64,000 nt of DNA from Chrysomallon squamiferum (Eukaryota; Animalia; Mollusca): positions 48,236,001 to 48,300,000 of the forward strand of contig CM022665.1 of assembly GCA_012295275.1 (NCBI GenBank). The letters are read 5' to 3'. Below, piece by piece: positions 1 to 17,136 of the stretch (its first letter is position 1; each line of letters begins with the position of its first letter). Position numbers and translations under genes: made by a program. The notes under the pieces are model-generated. The model did not search any database and had not been told where the DNA came from. It worked only from the letters and a program-made list of their open reading frames with translations.

Positions 1-127
1 GCCATCCTCTCTGCCTCCTCCTCTCTCAGAATCTTCATCCACGCGTCGTAGTTCTCCTTCATGTGTTTTGTCAGCAAGCAGTTCACCTTGCGCGGCGGCT
101 TCGACGGCACCTCCGACTTAGCACCAC
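1..127 (-). CDS. PDE3: PDE3 exon, C-terminal end of catalytic domain (truncated by window edge)
   Basis: Acceptor gtgtattttcag at 128-129. The phase-1 frame reads (G)GAKSEVPSKPPRKVNCLLTKHMKENYDAWMKILREEEAERM, resembling the PDE3 terminal helix (human PDE3A [21 protein letters not shown], from memory). No stop before position 1. Confidence 0.88.
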
Positions 128-130
128 CTG

Positions 131-525
131 AAAATACACACAGTATCTCACACGTAAATACACACAGTATCTCACATGTAAATACACACAGTAAATCACA
201 CACAGTAAATCACACTGCAAATCACACGTAAATACAGACAGCATCTCACATGTAAATACAGACAGCATCTCACACGTAAATACACACAGTATCTCACATG
301 TAAATACACACAGTAAATACACACAGTGTCTCACACGTAAATACACATCTCACATGTAAATACACAGTAAATACACACAGAATCTCACATGTAAATACAC
401 ACAGTGTCTCACACGTAAATACACACAGTATCTCACATGTAAATACACACAGTAAATACACACAGTATCTCACACGTAAATACACACACTATCTCACAGG
501 TAAATACACAAAATATCTCACACTG
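131..525. repeat. ~24-bp minisatellite (gtaaatacacacagtatctcacac) abutting an exon acceptor
   Basis: Directly visible tandem copies with 12-bp sub-units. Confidence 0.9.
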
Positions 526-729
526 ACACGTAAACAATGAACAGAAAATATCAGTCTGTGTAGAGTTATTCTACATGAAATAAGATTTACTACTGTTACC
601 ACAAGTAACATCATTGTTGTCATCATCATCATCATCAATTAAATTTCACTATTACTACTATTACTCTGTTACCACTATTGATTGTTACAAACAAATAATG
701 TCACTGTTGCTATGACAACAAACACATAC

Positions 730-810
730 CTGTTTCTGAATCGTTAAGGTCCGTATCTTCTTCTGTGTCTTTACCTGAAGCTTGATCACCTTTCTCTGTG
801 TCTGAGTAAC
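730..810 (-). CDS. PDE3: PDE3 81-nt acidic exon (phase 1-1)
   Basis: Acceptor aaacttgcag (811-812), donor CAG|GTATGT (728-729). Encodes (S)YSDTEKGDQASGKDTEEDTDLNDSET(G), matching the acidic low-complexity loop PDE3 has at this position. Phases fit both neighbours. The ORF track shows it in a different frame. Confidence 0.75.
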
Positions 811-829
811 CTGCAAGTTTATCATAGAG

Positions 830-975
830 CTCACATTTACATCACAACTTATATTTACATCACAACTCACATTTACATCATAACTCATATTTATAACACA
901 AGTTTTGTACATAACACAAATCTTATTTACATCATAACTCATATTTATAACACAAGTTTTGTACATAACACAAAT
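830..975. repeat. Short 18-bp and ~56-bp tandem duplications (catttacatcacaact)
   Basis: Visible repeats next to the 811 acceptor. Confidence 0.75.
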
Positions 976-1424
976 ACTTTTTTTATAATACAAGATATAA
1001 TTAATTTTTATAATACAAATTTTATTTAAAATATAACTGTTACATTTATTTATAATACAAATATATCTAATACAAGTTTTATTCATTTATAAGTTTGATT
1101 TATAACAAGTGTTATTTGTAATATATTTGTAATACAAGTTTTATACATAACTGTAATAATCCATCATAGTGTTTTATTTAAAATGTTTACTTTTTAATAA
1201 AAGTTTCAACATTTTATTTTTATCTTGCCTAGCTCTGGATTACCTCCCTTTGCATGAAAACAACATGAAACCAAATAATGTGTTTGCTGTATAATATGTT
1301 CTGTTGTTACTCTGTATGTATGTATGTCAGTCTAGTGTGTGTATGTGTGTGTCTGTGTCAGTGTGTGTGTGTGTGACTGTATTATGTATGAATGTGTTTA
1401 TATTGTGTATCTAAATGTGTGTTA

Positions 1425-1715
<291 letters not shown>

Positions 1716-1969
1716 TTACTACTTTATCATTATCTCTATCAACATCAGCAGCTACAACAACAGCAGTAGTTACTGTTGTGAGAATTACTATTTCAATTTC
1801 TGTAACTGTTTTATCATTATCATTACCAGCAGCAGTAGATGTGTAATATTGTTATTTATATGTAATAATAGGTCCTCTGTTTACCTGTAAACCATAGTTA
1901 CCTGGACTCAGGTGTTTGAATTTTCTATCTCACCTGTAAATTACTTTTTAGTTGTATTAATTGTACAAT

Positions 1970-2554
<585 letters not shown>

Positions 2555-2810
2555 TTATATTTTTAAAAATACAACAACACCCCATACAGTTAACATAACA
2601 CTTCTACATTGTAAGTCTAATTAATGGCATTACATTAAATAACAGATTTTGCAAAAGGTGGCATATGGACATTAACTTTACTTAAGTTTTAATTTATTAA
2701 AATTTAATATTTAAATTAAAAGTTTATTAAAAAATTAAGTGTTTAATATAGCTTCAATGGCCATTAATTGTAGTAACTGAAATTTATTAAAATTAAATAT
2801 TTAAATTTTA

Positions 2811-4655
<1,845 letters not shown>

Positions 4656-4805
4656 TCACAGATACAATCAGCAGGCGATGATGTTGTTGTATGTGTGGGT
4701 GGTGTGTGGGTGGTGTTTGTGTGCAGTTGTTGTTGTTGTATGTGTGGGTGGTGTGTGGGTGGTTGTTTGTGTGCAGTTGTTGTTGTATGCATGGATTATA
4801 AAAAC

Positions 4806-4848
<43 letters not shown>

Positions 4849-5040
4849 GAATGAGATAATAAAACAATAGAGAATTACTAGTAACAGCTACTTCATGAAC
4901 TAATAATAACAGCATTTCGTGAATTATTAATAACAGTTATTTCATGAAGTATTAATGAGTTATACATGAGCTATTAATAACTTATTTCACTAAGTATTAA
5001 TGAGAGCTATTTCATGAAGTATTAAATAAGAGTTATTTCA

Positions 5041-5358
<318 letters not shown>

Positions 5359-5442
5359 TTATATAATTTCAATTTTTGTTGTGTTGTTGTTGGTATTATT
5401 ATCCATCATAAAAGGTATATGTATGTATATATACTACTGACA

Positions 5443-5728
<286 letters not shown>

Positions 5729-5738
5729 AAACAGTCTA

Positions 5739-5894
<156 letters not shown>

Positions 5895-7617
5895 TCAACA
5901 TCATTTTTAACTGTAATAATCACAGTGTATTGTTGTCAAATTGATCTTTAGAACAGACACACTCACATATACAAACACACAGAAACACACATACAGTCAG
6001 ATGTATATAAACACACAAGTATACACATGGAAAAATATATATATCATCAGTTAAATGCACAGACTCACAGACATACATAAACATAGTCACCCACACACAC
6101 AGACGCAGACACAAAACCACATGCACACACATTCAAACAAACACACACACACACACACATGCAGACACACACATGCAGACACACACATATAAAAGATGCC
6201 ACTGAATCACAAAAGTATTTTTTTATATCAGAAAATAATTAATTTGCTTGTTTGTTTTTTCAGACTGACTTTTTAATTAGCTGTTTTCAAACATTTTCTG
6301 TACAAACACACTGACACTACAAGGTGATACCTGGATCTTAGGAAAGGGGTGGGGGGTGTATGCATGTTTCTTCACAAACAAAATCAGTTTAATAACAAAG
6401 GGTAAACATCAGATAGTATAATATATAGGTAGCAGTCATGTTTTCATTCAAGCATGACACATTATCTTCGATGAAGTGTAACTTTGACTCATCTTAAATT
6501 ATCAAAATCTTTTTGACTTTGTCCTTGAAGCAAAGACACAAAAACAGCACAAATACAAAACAATCTGCCTGTTTATCTTAATTTAAACTGTTTTGTTTTC
6601 ATATAAAGTGTTGTTTTTTTATTTAACGATGAAGGTGTGTATTACAAAGTGTAATCTACACCAGCTCTGTGAAATAAATAAGTTTAATTAATCTGACTTG
6701 TTACAACAGACAATCCACTGTTAAATACAACATTGTTCTGATTTCCATAACATTTCTGTATTCTTAGGATTAATTAATTTATTTATTTGTATTTTTTATT
6801 TGTTTAATTTTTATTTATTTATTTATTTATTTATTATATTTATTATATTTATTTATTTATGTATTCATTTATGTATTCATTTCATTTATTTACTTATATT
6901 TTATTTAGTTTGATTTACTTGTTTATTTATTTATTTTATTTATTTTTGTATTTTATTTATTTTGATTTATTCATTTATTCATTTATTTACATTTATTTCT
7001 AGCATTTCATTTTAATTTTATGATTATTATTTTTTTTATTTTATTATTTACATTGTTTAATTACACTTAACAATTCTTTTATTTTTAAACACATATAAAA
7101 CTTGTGTCAGCAAGCTCACATTAAGCATTTACATTTAGAATTAATCAATCTATTTTTAGAACACATTTCTATATACAGGATAGTGCATACCACAATATTT
7201 GACAGATCTGTTACAGTGGTATGTAAAATAAACAAATATGACATCAGATTTCAGAATGACGTCATGTCAGTTACAATCTAATAACATTTCACATTAAAAT
7301 AAAAATTATGTTACTCAGGTATCATAGTACTGGTTTCTCATATCAAAGCTAACAGGATCAAAACCCTTCACTGGATTCATTTAACATTAAATATGTTTTC
7401 CTCATTTACTACACTTACAAACTGCAGCCTGGAACCTTCCACATACTAACAATGGGAAGGTATACAAAAAACATTACTTACTGCTAACTGATAAACTATA
7501 GCTAAACAGTTTTCTTCTTCTGGGTCATCTTTGTTTAAAAACCACGGAACTGAAACCTAATATTCATTCAATAAAATAAAAATAAATTAAATTTAATTTT
7601 TTTTAAAGAAAACTGAC

Positions 7618-7854
7618 CTTGCTAAGGATAAAACTGTCGACTTTGTCGTAGAGTTCGAAAACGGGGAAGTCCCATTGGCTGAGACAGGAGATCTGTAAGA
7701 GAGGCTCATTGTCCACGTCTCCAGGTTCAAACAGCAGCCTGTCTTCTGTCGTCTTGTCCACGAAATCCTCGTCAGCTGCTTGCTCCTCCCTTTCTTCCCG
7801 TTCCGGAACTGTGTGCTCGTGAAGTCTCGACTCAACAACCATACGTAAATTTTC
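7618..7854 (-). CDS. PDE3: PDE3 exon entering the catalytic domain (WDFPVF)
   Basis: ENLRMVVESRLHEH...EPLLQISCLSQWDFPVFELYDKVDSFILSK. Acceptor tgttttaccag, donor AAG|GTCAGT. 237 nt, phase 0-0. Confidence 0.9.
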
Positions 7855-8423
7855 CTGGTAAAACATTTGAAAAGAAAAATTGTAAAACATAATAAAAACA
7901 TTTCATATATCTTTTAAATTTTCTAAAATTTATTAATATATTTAAAAAATCAGCATTATATAAACTAAAACAGTTTTGAGAAAGAATACAGTTAAAATTC
8001 AGTTCATTCTATCAGTAGATGTGAAAATGACAAAAGAATAAAAATGCAAAAGTTTTAACACAGAGTGAAAAGATGTACTATTTCACTAAATATTTTCTGT
8101 TTTATTGTCTTTTACTGTTAACTTATTACCATTCAAACAATCTTACACAGACTGAACTGATCCAAATTCTAAAAACCAATTCAAAATAAAATAATAACAA
8201 TAAAACCTTTGTGATAGGTGAGACTAACGAGAAATCAAAATTTAAAAAATCCAAATTTAAAACAAAGCAATTATAAAAAAAAACATTTTAATACTGATAT
8301 TAAATCAAAATTTAAAAATCCAAATTAAAACAAAGCAATTATAAAAACACATTTTTAATACTGATATTAAATAAAAAAATTTCTTTTTCAATTTCAAAAC
8401 AAAATTAAAAAACAACAACCAAC

Positions 8424-8999
8424 CTTTTTCGTGGGAGACACAGCTATGACATCATCGCCCGACGTGACGTTGTCGCTGTGGTCGCTGCTGCTGGGGGAGT
8501 CGCTGCTCTCGTAGTCGGAGGTGATGTTGAAACGCTTCAGCGCTGAGTGCTGCTGCTGCTGTAGCTGCTTCTCGTCCCTGCCCGTCACTGCAACGCGGCT
8601 CTCCTCGTGTATCTCCTCCTTCACCAGCGGACTCATCGGCCGGGCAGCAGCGTCGCTGCGCGTCGGGCTCACCACGTTCTCCAGCGATGATGCCATGCTG
8701 CGGCGGGAGGACAGGCGCCGCTGGTAACTCTGGGAGGTGGGGGGGTTGGCGAGGGAGAAGGACCGGGACTTGGGGATCGTGAGGACCACGGCCGTGTTTG
8801 AGCTCGGCGAGGGGCTGTTACTCCGACTGCCGGTTGGGCTCGAGCCAGGAGTTCCCTCCCTTGAGTGGCGGAAGCTGGCGCTGCGGATTCTGCATGGCTC
8901 AGGCTCCAGCGTTGGCATCCCTGTTGCTGTTGTTGTAGTCGTCCAGGTGCTTGAGGACATTCGCCGTATCAGACTTGGCGGCAGACTTCTACGCAGTCT
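8424..8999 (-). CDS. PDE3: PDE3 regulatory Ser/Thr-rich exon
   Basis: Starts [35 protein letters not shown], nearly identical to the vertebrate PDE3A/B motif [34 protein letters not shown]-rich. Acceptor ttttttcacag, donor AAG|GTTGGT. 576 nt. Confidence 0.93.
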
Positions 9000-9524
9000 C
9001 TGTGAAAAAACAAAAACTATAATTCTTAACAATTTTCTTATTTAATTAACTTTCTTAACACTTTATTTTAACTTTCTAATTTCTCTTTTAAAGATTTAAA
9101 CACAGTTGCTCCATTTCTCAGTGTGCTGATTCAGTAATTTATTATTTACTTCTTGTGTTGTGTTTATAACAACTATTACACATTGCTTCATTTTGTTTAT
9201 TTTATCTGCAACTTGAAATCAAACTTTGCTAACGATAAAGTGGCTAGTAGATGATCATTAATGAAGTCTTTAATTTTCTTCTTTCGCACTTATGAAACTT
9301 ATTCACTGATAATGTACATAACAGAGACAAAAAAAATATCAGTTTATTTATTTTTTTCTCTAAAATATCTCATGTATAAGATAAAGAAAGAAAAATATCA
9401 GCCAGGAATTAATTACATGAATTTGTAATATTAATATACTTTACTATTAATAAAGGTTGAAATTAACAATAAAAAATAAATATGTTAGAGTCTGTATTGA
9501 GTTTGTTTTTAAAAATTAAAACTT

Positions 9525-10221
9525 TTAAGTAAATAAAAAAAAGTAACAAACTTTTAAGTAAAAATAAAAGAGTAACAAACTTTTATGGAAAAATAAAAGA
9601 AGTAACAAACTTTTGGAAATAAAAAAGTAACAAACTTAAGTAAAATATAAAGAAGTAACAAACTTTTGGAAGTGAAGAAGAGTAACAAACTTTTGGAAGT
9701 AAATAAGAGTAACAAACTTTTGGAAGTGAAGAAAAGTAACAAACTGTTAAATAAAAAATAAAGAGTAACAAACTTTTGGAAGTGAAGAAAAGTAACAAAC
9801 TTTTGGAAGTGAAGAAAAGTGATGTAAAAATAAAAAGTAACAAACTTTTGGAAGTGAAGAAAAGTAACAAAGTTTTAAGTAAATAAGAAGTAACAAACTT
9901 TTGGAAGTGAAGAAAAGTAACAAATACAAAAGAAGTAACAAACTTTTGGAAGTGAAGAAAAGTAACAAATAAATAAGAAGTAACAAACTTTTGGAAGTAA
10001 AAAAAGTAAAAAATAAAAAAGTAACAAACTTTTGGAAGTGAAGAAAAGTAACAAACTTAAGTAACAAACTTTTGGAAGTGAAGAAAAGTAACAAATACAA
10101 AAGAAGTAACAAACTTTTGGAAGTGAAGAAAAGTAACAAATAAATAAGAAGTAACAAACTTTTGGAAGTGAAGAAAAGTAACAAATAAATAAGAAGTAAC
10201 AAACTTTTGGAAGTGAAGAAG
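9525..10221. repeat. 27/45-bp minisatellite made of the exon end plus donor site
   Basis: Repeated agtaacaaacttttggaagtgaagaa; the terminal copy is the real exon end. Confidence 0.95.
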
Positions 10222-10465
10222 GTCTCTCTCCGGTGTAAGGACTTTCCTCCGTGTCCGAGCCATACGACGAGGACTCAGTGAGCGACACGAGGGGGCTCAC
10301 TTTGGGTTTGTGTACAGACGAGTGGTTGTCTGTGGGTTTGAGCAGGTTGCTCACTGCTCTCAGGCCACTCACAATGTGAGGGGGGACGTTGGCGTCGGCC
10401 AGCATGTCCATGATCAACCCATGAGCCTCTCCTATAATGGCCGACTCGTAGCCTGCCGAGGAACT
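10205..10465 (-). CDS. PDE3: PDE3 exon ([15 protein letters not shown] region)
   Basis: [42 protein letters not shown]...ERPSSLPK matches the PDE3 conserved block [31 protein letters not shown]. Acceptor gtattttcag, donor AAA|GTTTGT. 261 nt, phase 0-0. Confidence 0.93.
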
Positions 10466-10529
10466 CTGAAAATACAAAAATAAATGTTTTTATTTATTAA
10501 TATGACATCACATATGTATTTATATAACA

Positions 10530-11245
10530 TCACTGTGTAATACAGACTGTTTATACACATCAGTAAATGAGTTATCTCTTTGTATTATATAGTATTTTAG
10601 TATTTATACACATCAGTAAATGATGACTTTGTATTATATAAACAATACTGTGTCATACAAACTATTTATACACATCAGTAAATGAGTTATCTCTTTGTAT
10701 TACATAGTATTTTAGTATTTATACACATCAGTAAAAGATAACTTTGTATTATATAAACAATACTGTGTAATACTAACTATTTATACACATCAGTAAATGA
10801 TGACTTTGTATTATATATACAATACTGTGTAATACAAACTGTTTATACACATCAGTAAATGATAACTTTGTATTATAAAAACAATACTGTGTAATACAAA
10901 CTGTTTATACACATCAGTAAATGATGACTTTGTATTATATAAACAATACTGTGTCATACAAACTATTTATACACATCAGTAAAAGATAACTTTGTATTAT
11001 ATAAACAATACTGTGTCATACAAACTATTTATACACATCAGTAAAAGATAACTTTGTATTATATAAACAATACTGTGTAATACTAACTATTTATACACAT
11101 CAGTAAATGATGACTTTGTATTATATAAACAATACTGTGTAATACAAACTGTTTATACACATCAGTAAATGATAACTTTGTATTATATAAACAATACTGT
11201 TTAATACAAACTGTTTATACACATCAGTAAATGATAACTTTGTAT
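10530..11245. repeat. 62-bp minisatellite (tttatacacatcagtaaatgatgactttgtattata...)
   Basis: About 11-12 copies just upstream of the 10465 acceptor. Confidence 0.92.
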
Positions 11246-12077
11246 AACTTAAAACAAACTCATAAATCTGAAACAGAACATAATTTAAATCTACTGATTT
11301 TTTTTTTACAAACACACTGTAGTAACATTTTATTTTCTTACTGCACTTGTACGCAAATTACTGATAATTATCTTTTTAAAAAACAGATTAATAAAATGCA
11401 TTTTAATATTTATGTTACATTTTTTTTAATGGTAAAACAAATCTTCTCCTTGTTGTGGTAGGTAAAGGTTTTTTGTTAACATTGATGTTATGGAATTAAA
11501 TGGAATTAATATTGTGAACGTAATGTTATAATTTAAAATTTCATTGATATTTAAATATTTCTAAGTGTTTGTTTTATAACTGTATGGTGATAGGAATATC
11601 AAAACATTTTCTGTGTTTAAGTGGACATGGTTGATCAAGACATCTGTCACAAACTGAGTAGATTTACATGAACTATGTGTGCCTGTGTGTGTGTGCATGT
11701 GTGTATGTCTTTGTATATATGTGTTGTGTATGTATATGTGAGTGTGTATGAGTGAGTGTGTGTATGTCTCTGTGTATATATTTGCGTGTATATGTATGTA
11801 TAGTTACATAAGTACATATATTTGTCAGTAGGATGCATTTGTATATGTTTGCATATATATTGCATATATGTATTTATGTATGTGCATATGTATAAATATA
11901 TATATATATGCATGCATGTATTTTGTTAGTGTGTTTGTGTTATAATATGTCTATGTGTGTGTACATGTGTCTGACAATGAATATATATTTATCTGGGCAT
12001 GTTTATGGGTGTGTATATATATATATATATATGTATGTAGGCATGTGTGTGTGTGTCTGTGTGTATATACACAAACA

Positions 12078-12123
<46 letters not shown>

Positions 12124-12180
12124 AACAGAAAACTGAAACAATCACAGTCAAACTTCTACATGCATGTTTTCCAACACTGT

Positions 12181-12219
<39 letters not shown>

Positions 12220-12404
12220 AGTGGTGTTTACACAGCAAACAAGAGTCAGATCAGTGACCTGCACAGTAATAATCAACAAAGAAATGTGTGAACCACACTA
12301 ATTACACTTCACAATGAGTTGTCTGCCCTTGATTAGCTTCATTTCCACTCGCATCCTGTCAACATCTCACCCAGACTGGTGCACCACTTACATAAGTATT
12401 TCTA

Positions 12405-12500
12405 TACCACTCACACCAGTCATCATACCACTCACACCAGTCATTATATCACTCACACTAGTCATTATATCACTCACACTAGTCATTATACCACTCACAC
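12405..12500. repeat. 21-bp minisatellite (accactcacaccagtcattat)
   Basis: 4-5 visible copies. Confidence 0.8.
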
Positions 12501-12703
12501 TAGCAGTATCATACAGTTTATACTTTCAGTTATATCACCCATACTAATAATCATACCATTCAGCCTAGTATATCACACACCTAGTAGTATTATATCATTA
12601 TAGCATTATATAACCTAGTAGTTATACCACAAAAACTAGTAGTTATACTACTAACACTAGCACTTACTACATTCACACTAGTACTGTCACACCAATCAAA
12701 TTA

Positions 12704-13245
12704 GTAATGTTGTACAAGTCATATTGTAATGTTGTAATGATGTAGAAGTCATATGTTGTAATGATGTACAAGTCATATGTTGTAATGATGTACAAGTCAT
12801 ATGTTGTAATGATGTACAAGTCATATTGTAATGTTGTAATGATGTACAAGTCATATTGTAATGTTGTAATGATGTACAAGTCATATTGTAATGTTGTAAT
12901 GTTGTACAAGTCATATTGTAATGTTGTAATGATGTACAAGTCATATTGTAATGTTGTACAAGTCATATTGTAATGTTGTAATGATGTACAAGTCATATTG
13001 TAATGTTGTAATGATGTACAAGTCATATTGTAATGTTGTAATGTTGTACAAGTCATATTATAATGTTGTAATGTTGTACAAGTCATATTGTAATGTTGTA
13101 ATGATGTACAAGTCATATTGTAATGTTGTACAAGTCATATTGTAATGTTGTAATGTTGTACAAGTCATATTGTAATGTTGTACAAATCATATTGTTGTTG
13201 TAATGTTGTACAAGTCATATTGTTGTTGTAATGATGTACAATTTG
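12704..13245. repeat. 22/30-bp minisatellite (tgtaatgttgtaatgatgtacaagtcatat)
   Basis: Many visible tandem copies. Confidence 0.93.
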
Positions 13246-13502
13246 TAACTATTGCCTGTGCACAAGTCATCAGAAATGTTGTACAAGTGTTGTGTTTTGT
13301 AAACATTTAGAAGATTCATTAAATAAAATGTTACATCTACAGATTCAATTATCTCAATCTCATATTTTAATAAAGTCATATTTTATAAAGCTGTACAATT
13401 TTTAATTAAACACAATCATAAATTGAATGCTTTGAAACATCTAGAAGATTCAGTTAAGTCTCCCATTACAAATCTCAGGATCTCTCCATCTCACAACACT
13501 AA

Positions 13503-13625
13503 ACCCTCCCATCTCAAACATGGATCTGCCCCTGCTCTGAACACTATCCCTCCCATCTAAATCTGGATCTGCCCCTGCTCTGAACACTCCCCCTCCCATC
13601 TAAATCTGGATCTGCCCTGCACTGA
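13503..13625. repeat. ~43-bp repeat x3 (ccctcccatctaaatctggatctgcccctgctctgaacact)
   Basis: Visible copies. Confidence 0.8.
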
Positions 13626-13935
13626 CCAGGACATGGTAAGAGATGCTGGAGACAATTTGTCTCAAAGAAAACCACTTAGCCGGAGAAGATCAATTAGATT
13701 ACAAACACTTCACCACTCTTGTCACAGTCACTTTCGTGTGTCACTACAGAGCCCTTCTCATCAGCAATCTCCCATTCCAGCCAGGGCCTCATAACCGGTT
13801 TGCGAAAAACATTAACACCATGCATCTATTAAAAGTTTAGTAGAAAAATTATCTGTTTATCTATCTATCTACCTATGTACCTAATCTATTTGTCTATCAA
13901 TCTATGTATATTATATACTCTTTATCTCTCAAACA

Positions 13936-14120
<185 letters not shown>

Positions 14121-14799
14121 ATGCTATTAAATTTAGAATTAGTACGTTGTGAAAAATCAATATGTCTAAAAGAAAATTGCTTGTAAAGATAACCTTGATG
14201 CTAATTGATACAAACACAGACCAGCTGGTTTCTTCTCTGGTATAATCATTAAAAACAAATTTAATGAGTGTTGACCGTAGCCGAGTCTGAACAAGAATTT
14301 CTGAAAGTGAGGACACATTTCTAAAAACACTCCTGACACAAACATCAAAAAAAAAAAAAAAGAATAATAATAATAATGATGAAAAAAATAAATAATAATA
14401 AAAAATATATAAAATAAAATAAAAATAAAAAAGGAGCAAAAACCCCCACCTACAAACAGCCCATCAGTTCAGACTGAAAACGCTGTACACAAACAACACA
14501 GTGTGCAAATGTTAAAACAACAGGTTTTATAACAGTCTCCTGTGACATACAGAGTTTATATCACAGCTCACACACAACAGTCTGCCATTGATTAACTTCT
14601 TACATGACTGACTCGTGGGTGACAGTGAAAGTTGAAGTATCGATGAGGTGGGTGTTTTCTTTCTCTCTCTAGTAAATGCTTCTCCCAGTCACAATGACAC
14701 AAACGTCAGCTTTAGTGGAATCTAATCACTGAGTTCAGTCAAGCGTCAAGTGCACCTCTGAGTTCACCTAGCTAACACCTCTCTCACAGCAGCATTCAT

Positions 14800-16116
14800 C
14801 CACATCTACAACTGTCACATCACATTTACAACTGTCACAATGCATCTACAACTGTCACAGCACATCTACAACCGTCACAATGCATCTACAACTGTCACAA
14901 TGCATCATCTGCAACTGTCTACAACACATCTACAACTGTCTGCATCTACAACTGTCACAATGCATCTACAATGCATCTACAACTGTCACAACATATCTAC
15001 AACTGTCACAACATCCACCTGTCACAACGCATCTACAACTGTCACATCTACGCATCTACAACTGTCATAGAACATCTACAACTGTCACAACACATCCACA
15101 ACTGTCACAGCACATCTACAACTGTCACAATGCATCTACAACTGATACAGCACATCTACAACTGTCACAATGCATCTACAACTGTCACAATGCATCTACA
15201 ACGCATCTACAACGCATCTACAACTGTCACAGCATATCTACAACTGTCACAACACATCCACAACTGTCACAACACACCTACAACTGTCTCAACACATCTA
15301 CAACTGATACAGCACATCTCCAACTGTCACAACACATCTACAACTGTCACAGCATATCTACAACTGTCACAGCATATCTACAACTGTCACAACACATCCA
15401 CAACTGTCACAACACATCCACAACTGTCACAACACATCTACAACTGTCACAACGCATCTACAACTGTCACAACGCATCTACAACTGTCACAGCATATCTA
15501 CAACTGTCACAACACATCCACAACTGTCACAATGCATCTACAACTGTCACAATGCATCTACAACGCATCTACAACTGTCACAATGCATCTACAACTGTCA
15601 CAATGCATCTACAACTGTCACAATGCATCTACAACGCATCTACAACTGTCACAGCATATCTACAACTGTCACAACACATCCACAACTGTCACAGCACATC
15701 TACAACTGTCACAATGCATCTACAACTGATACAGCACATCTACAACTGTCACAACACACCTACAACTGTCACAATGCATCTACAACTGTCACAATGCATC
15801 TACAACGCATCTACAACTGTCACAGCATATCTACAACTGTCACAACACATCCACAACTGTCACAACACACCTACAACTGTCTCAACACATCTACAACTGA
15901 TACAGCACATCTCCAACTGTCACAACACATCTACAACTGTCACAACATATCTACAACTGTCACAGCATATCTACAACTGTCACAGCATATCTACAACTGT
16001 CACAACACATCCACAACTGTCACAACACACCTACAACTGTCTCAACACATCTACAACTGATACAGCACATCTACAACTGTCACAGCACATCCACAACTGT
16101 CACAACACATCTACAA
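14800..16116. repeat. 20-bp minisatellite (catctacaactgtcacaaca), about 1.3 kb
   Basis: Dozens of copies; source of the spurious 438-aa ORF. Confidence 0.95.
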
Positions 16117-17056
16117 CGTTTCTCCTTTCTCTGTATAAAAGTCACTTCTTGAAGACAGAAAAAGTCATTCATATACATAAACACTCATCTCAGTAAAAAA
16201 TCTTATATTGCAGCCAAACTTTATTGTTAGTAAACACTGGCCACCATCATTAAGAAAATAAAAATAAAACAGTTTGAATGATATAAACAGGTCAATAGCA
16301 CCAGAATGGATTACACTTTTTTCAGTCTACTTTATTTCAGAACCTTGAATATTAACAAAACAAAAAAAATAAAACCCAGCAGTTAATTAATTTGTTGTAG
16401 CAACATCAGCCAACTGAAAGGTTTTTTTTTTTTTTAATCTCATTTAGTTCAGTTTTCCTGTCACAAATATTCTTCTTGCACAATGTATTAAAGAGTCAGC
16501 ATTTCATTTACATCTGTGAACAAACTGATAAAGAAAAACAAAGAACATCTTTTGTTTTTTATCGTTTTACAACAAACAATGAAACAAACAATTGTTGTTG
16601 TTGTTGTTGTTGCTGCTGCTTTGTAATGCAGATATTGATGATTACGTCTTTCTTACCACGTTGCTGCTGTTACTGACAAAACAGATAAACAGAGAGATTG
16701 TTTACAGCTGTCATAACAAAAACAACAACAACAACAACAACAATAATAATAACAAGAATAATAATAATAATAACAAAAATAATAATAATAATAATAAAAC
16801 AAAAAAGAAAAACAAAAGACAAAACATAATGTGACAGAAAACAACAGTAAATTCATTGTTCTCTTTATCACTAGAACAGTTCCATTTTTGTATGTGTGTG
16901 TCTGTGTGTGTGCTTCTGTGTCTGTTTGTGTGTGTGAACATTATTAAAACAAATAGATGGATAAACACAAGCATATTCACAACAAAGAAATAATTAAAAT
17001 ATTTTACTGAATTCTGTTGTGTATAAATATACACACTCTCTCTCTCTCTCTACCTT

Positions 17057-17136
<80 letters not shown>

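Noticed and set aside
83-346. ORF-track frame ending VVLSRRCRRSRRAR* as the PDE3 C-terminus
   Set aside because: Wrong phase; the phase-1 frame gives the PDE3-like helix and stays open to the window edge.
14840-16196. 438-aa and overlapping ORFs
   Set aside because: Translation of a stop-poor 20-bp tandem repeat, open in several frames; no domain or splice structure.
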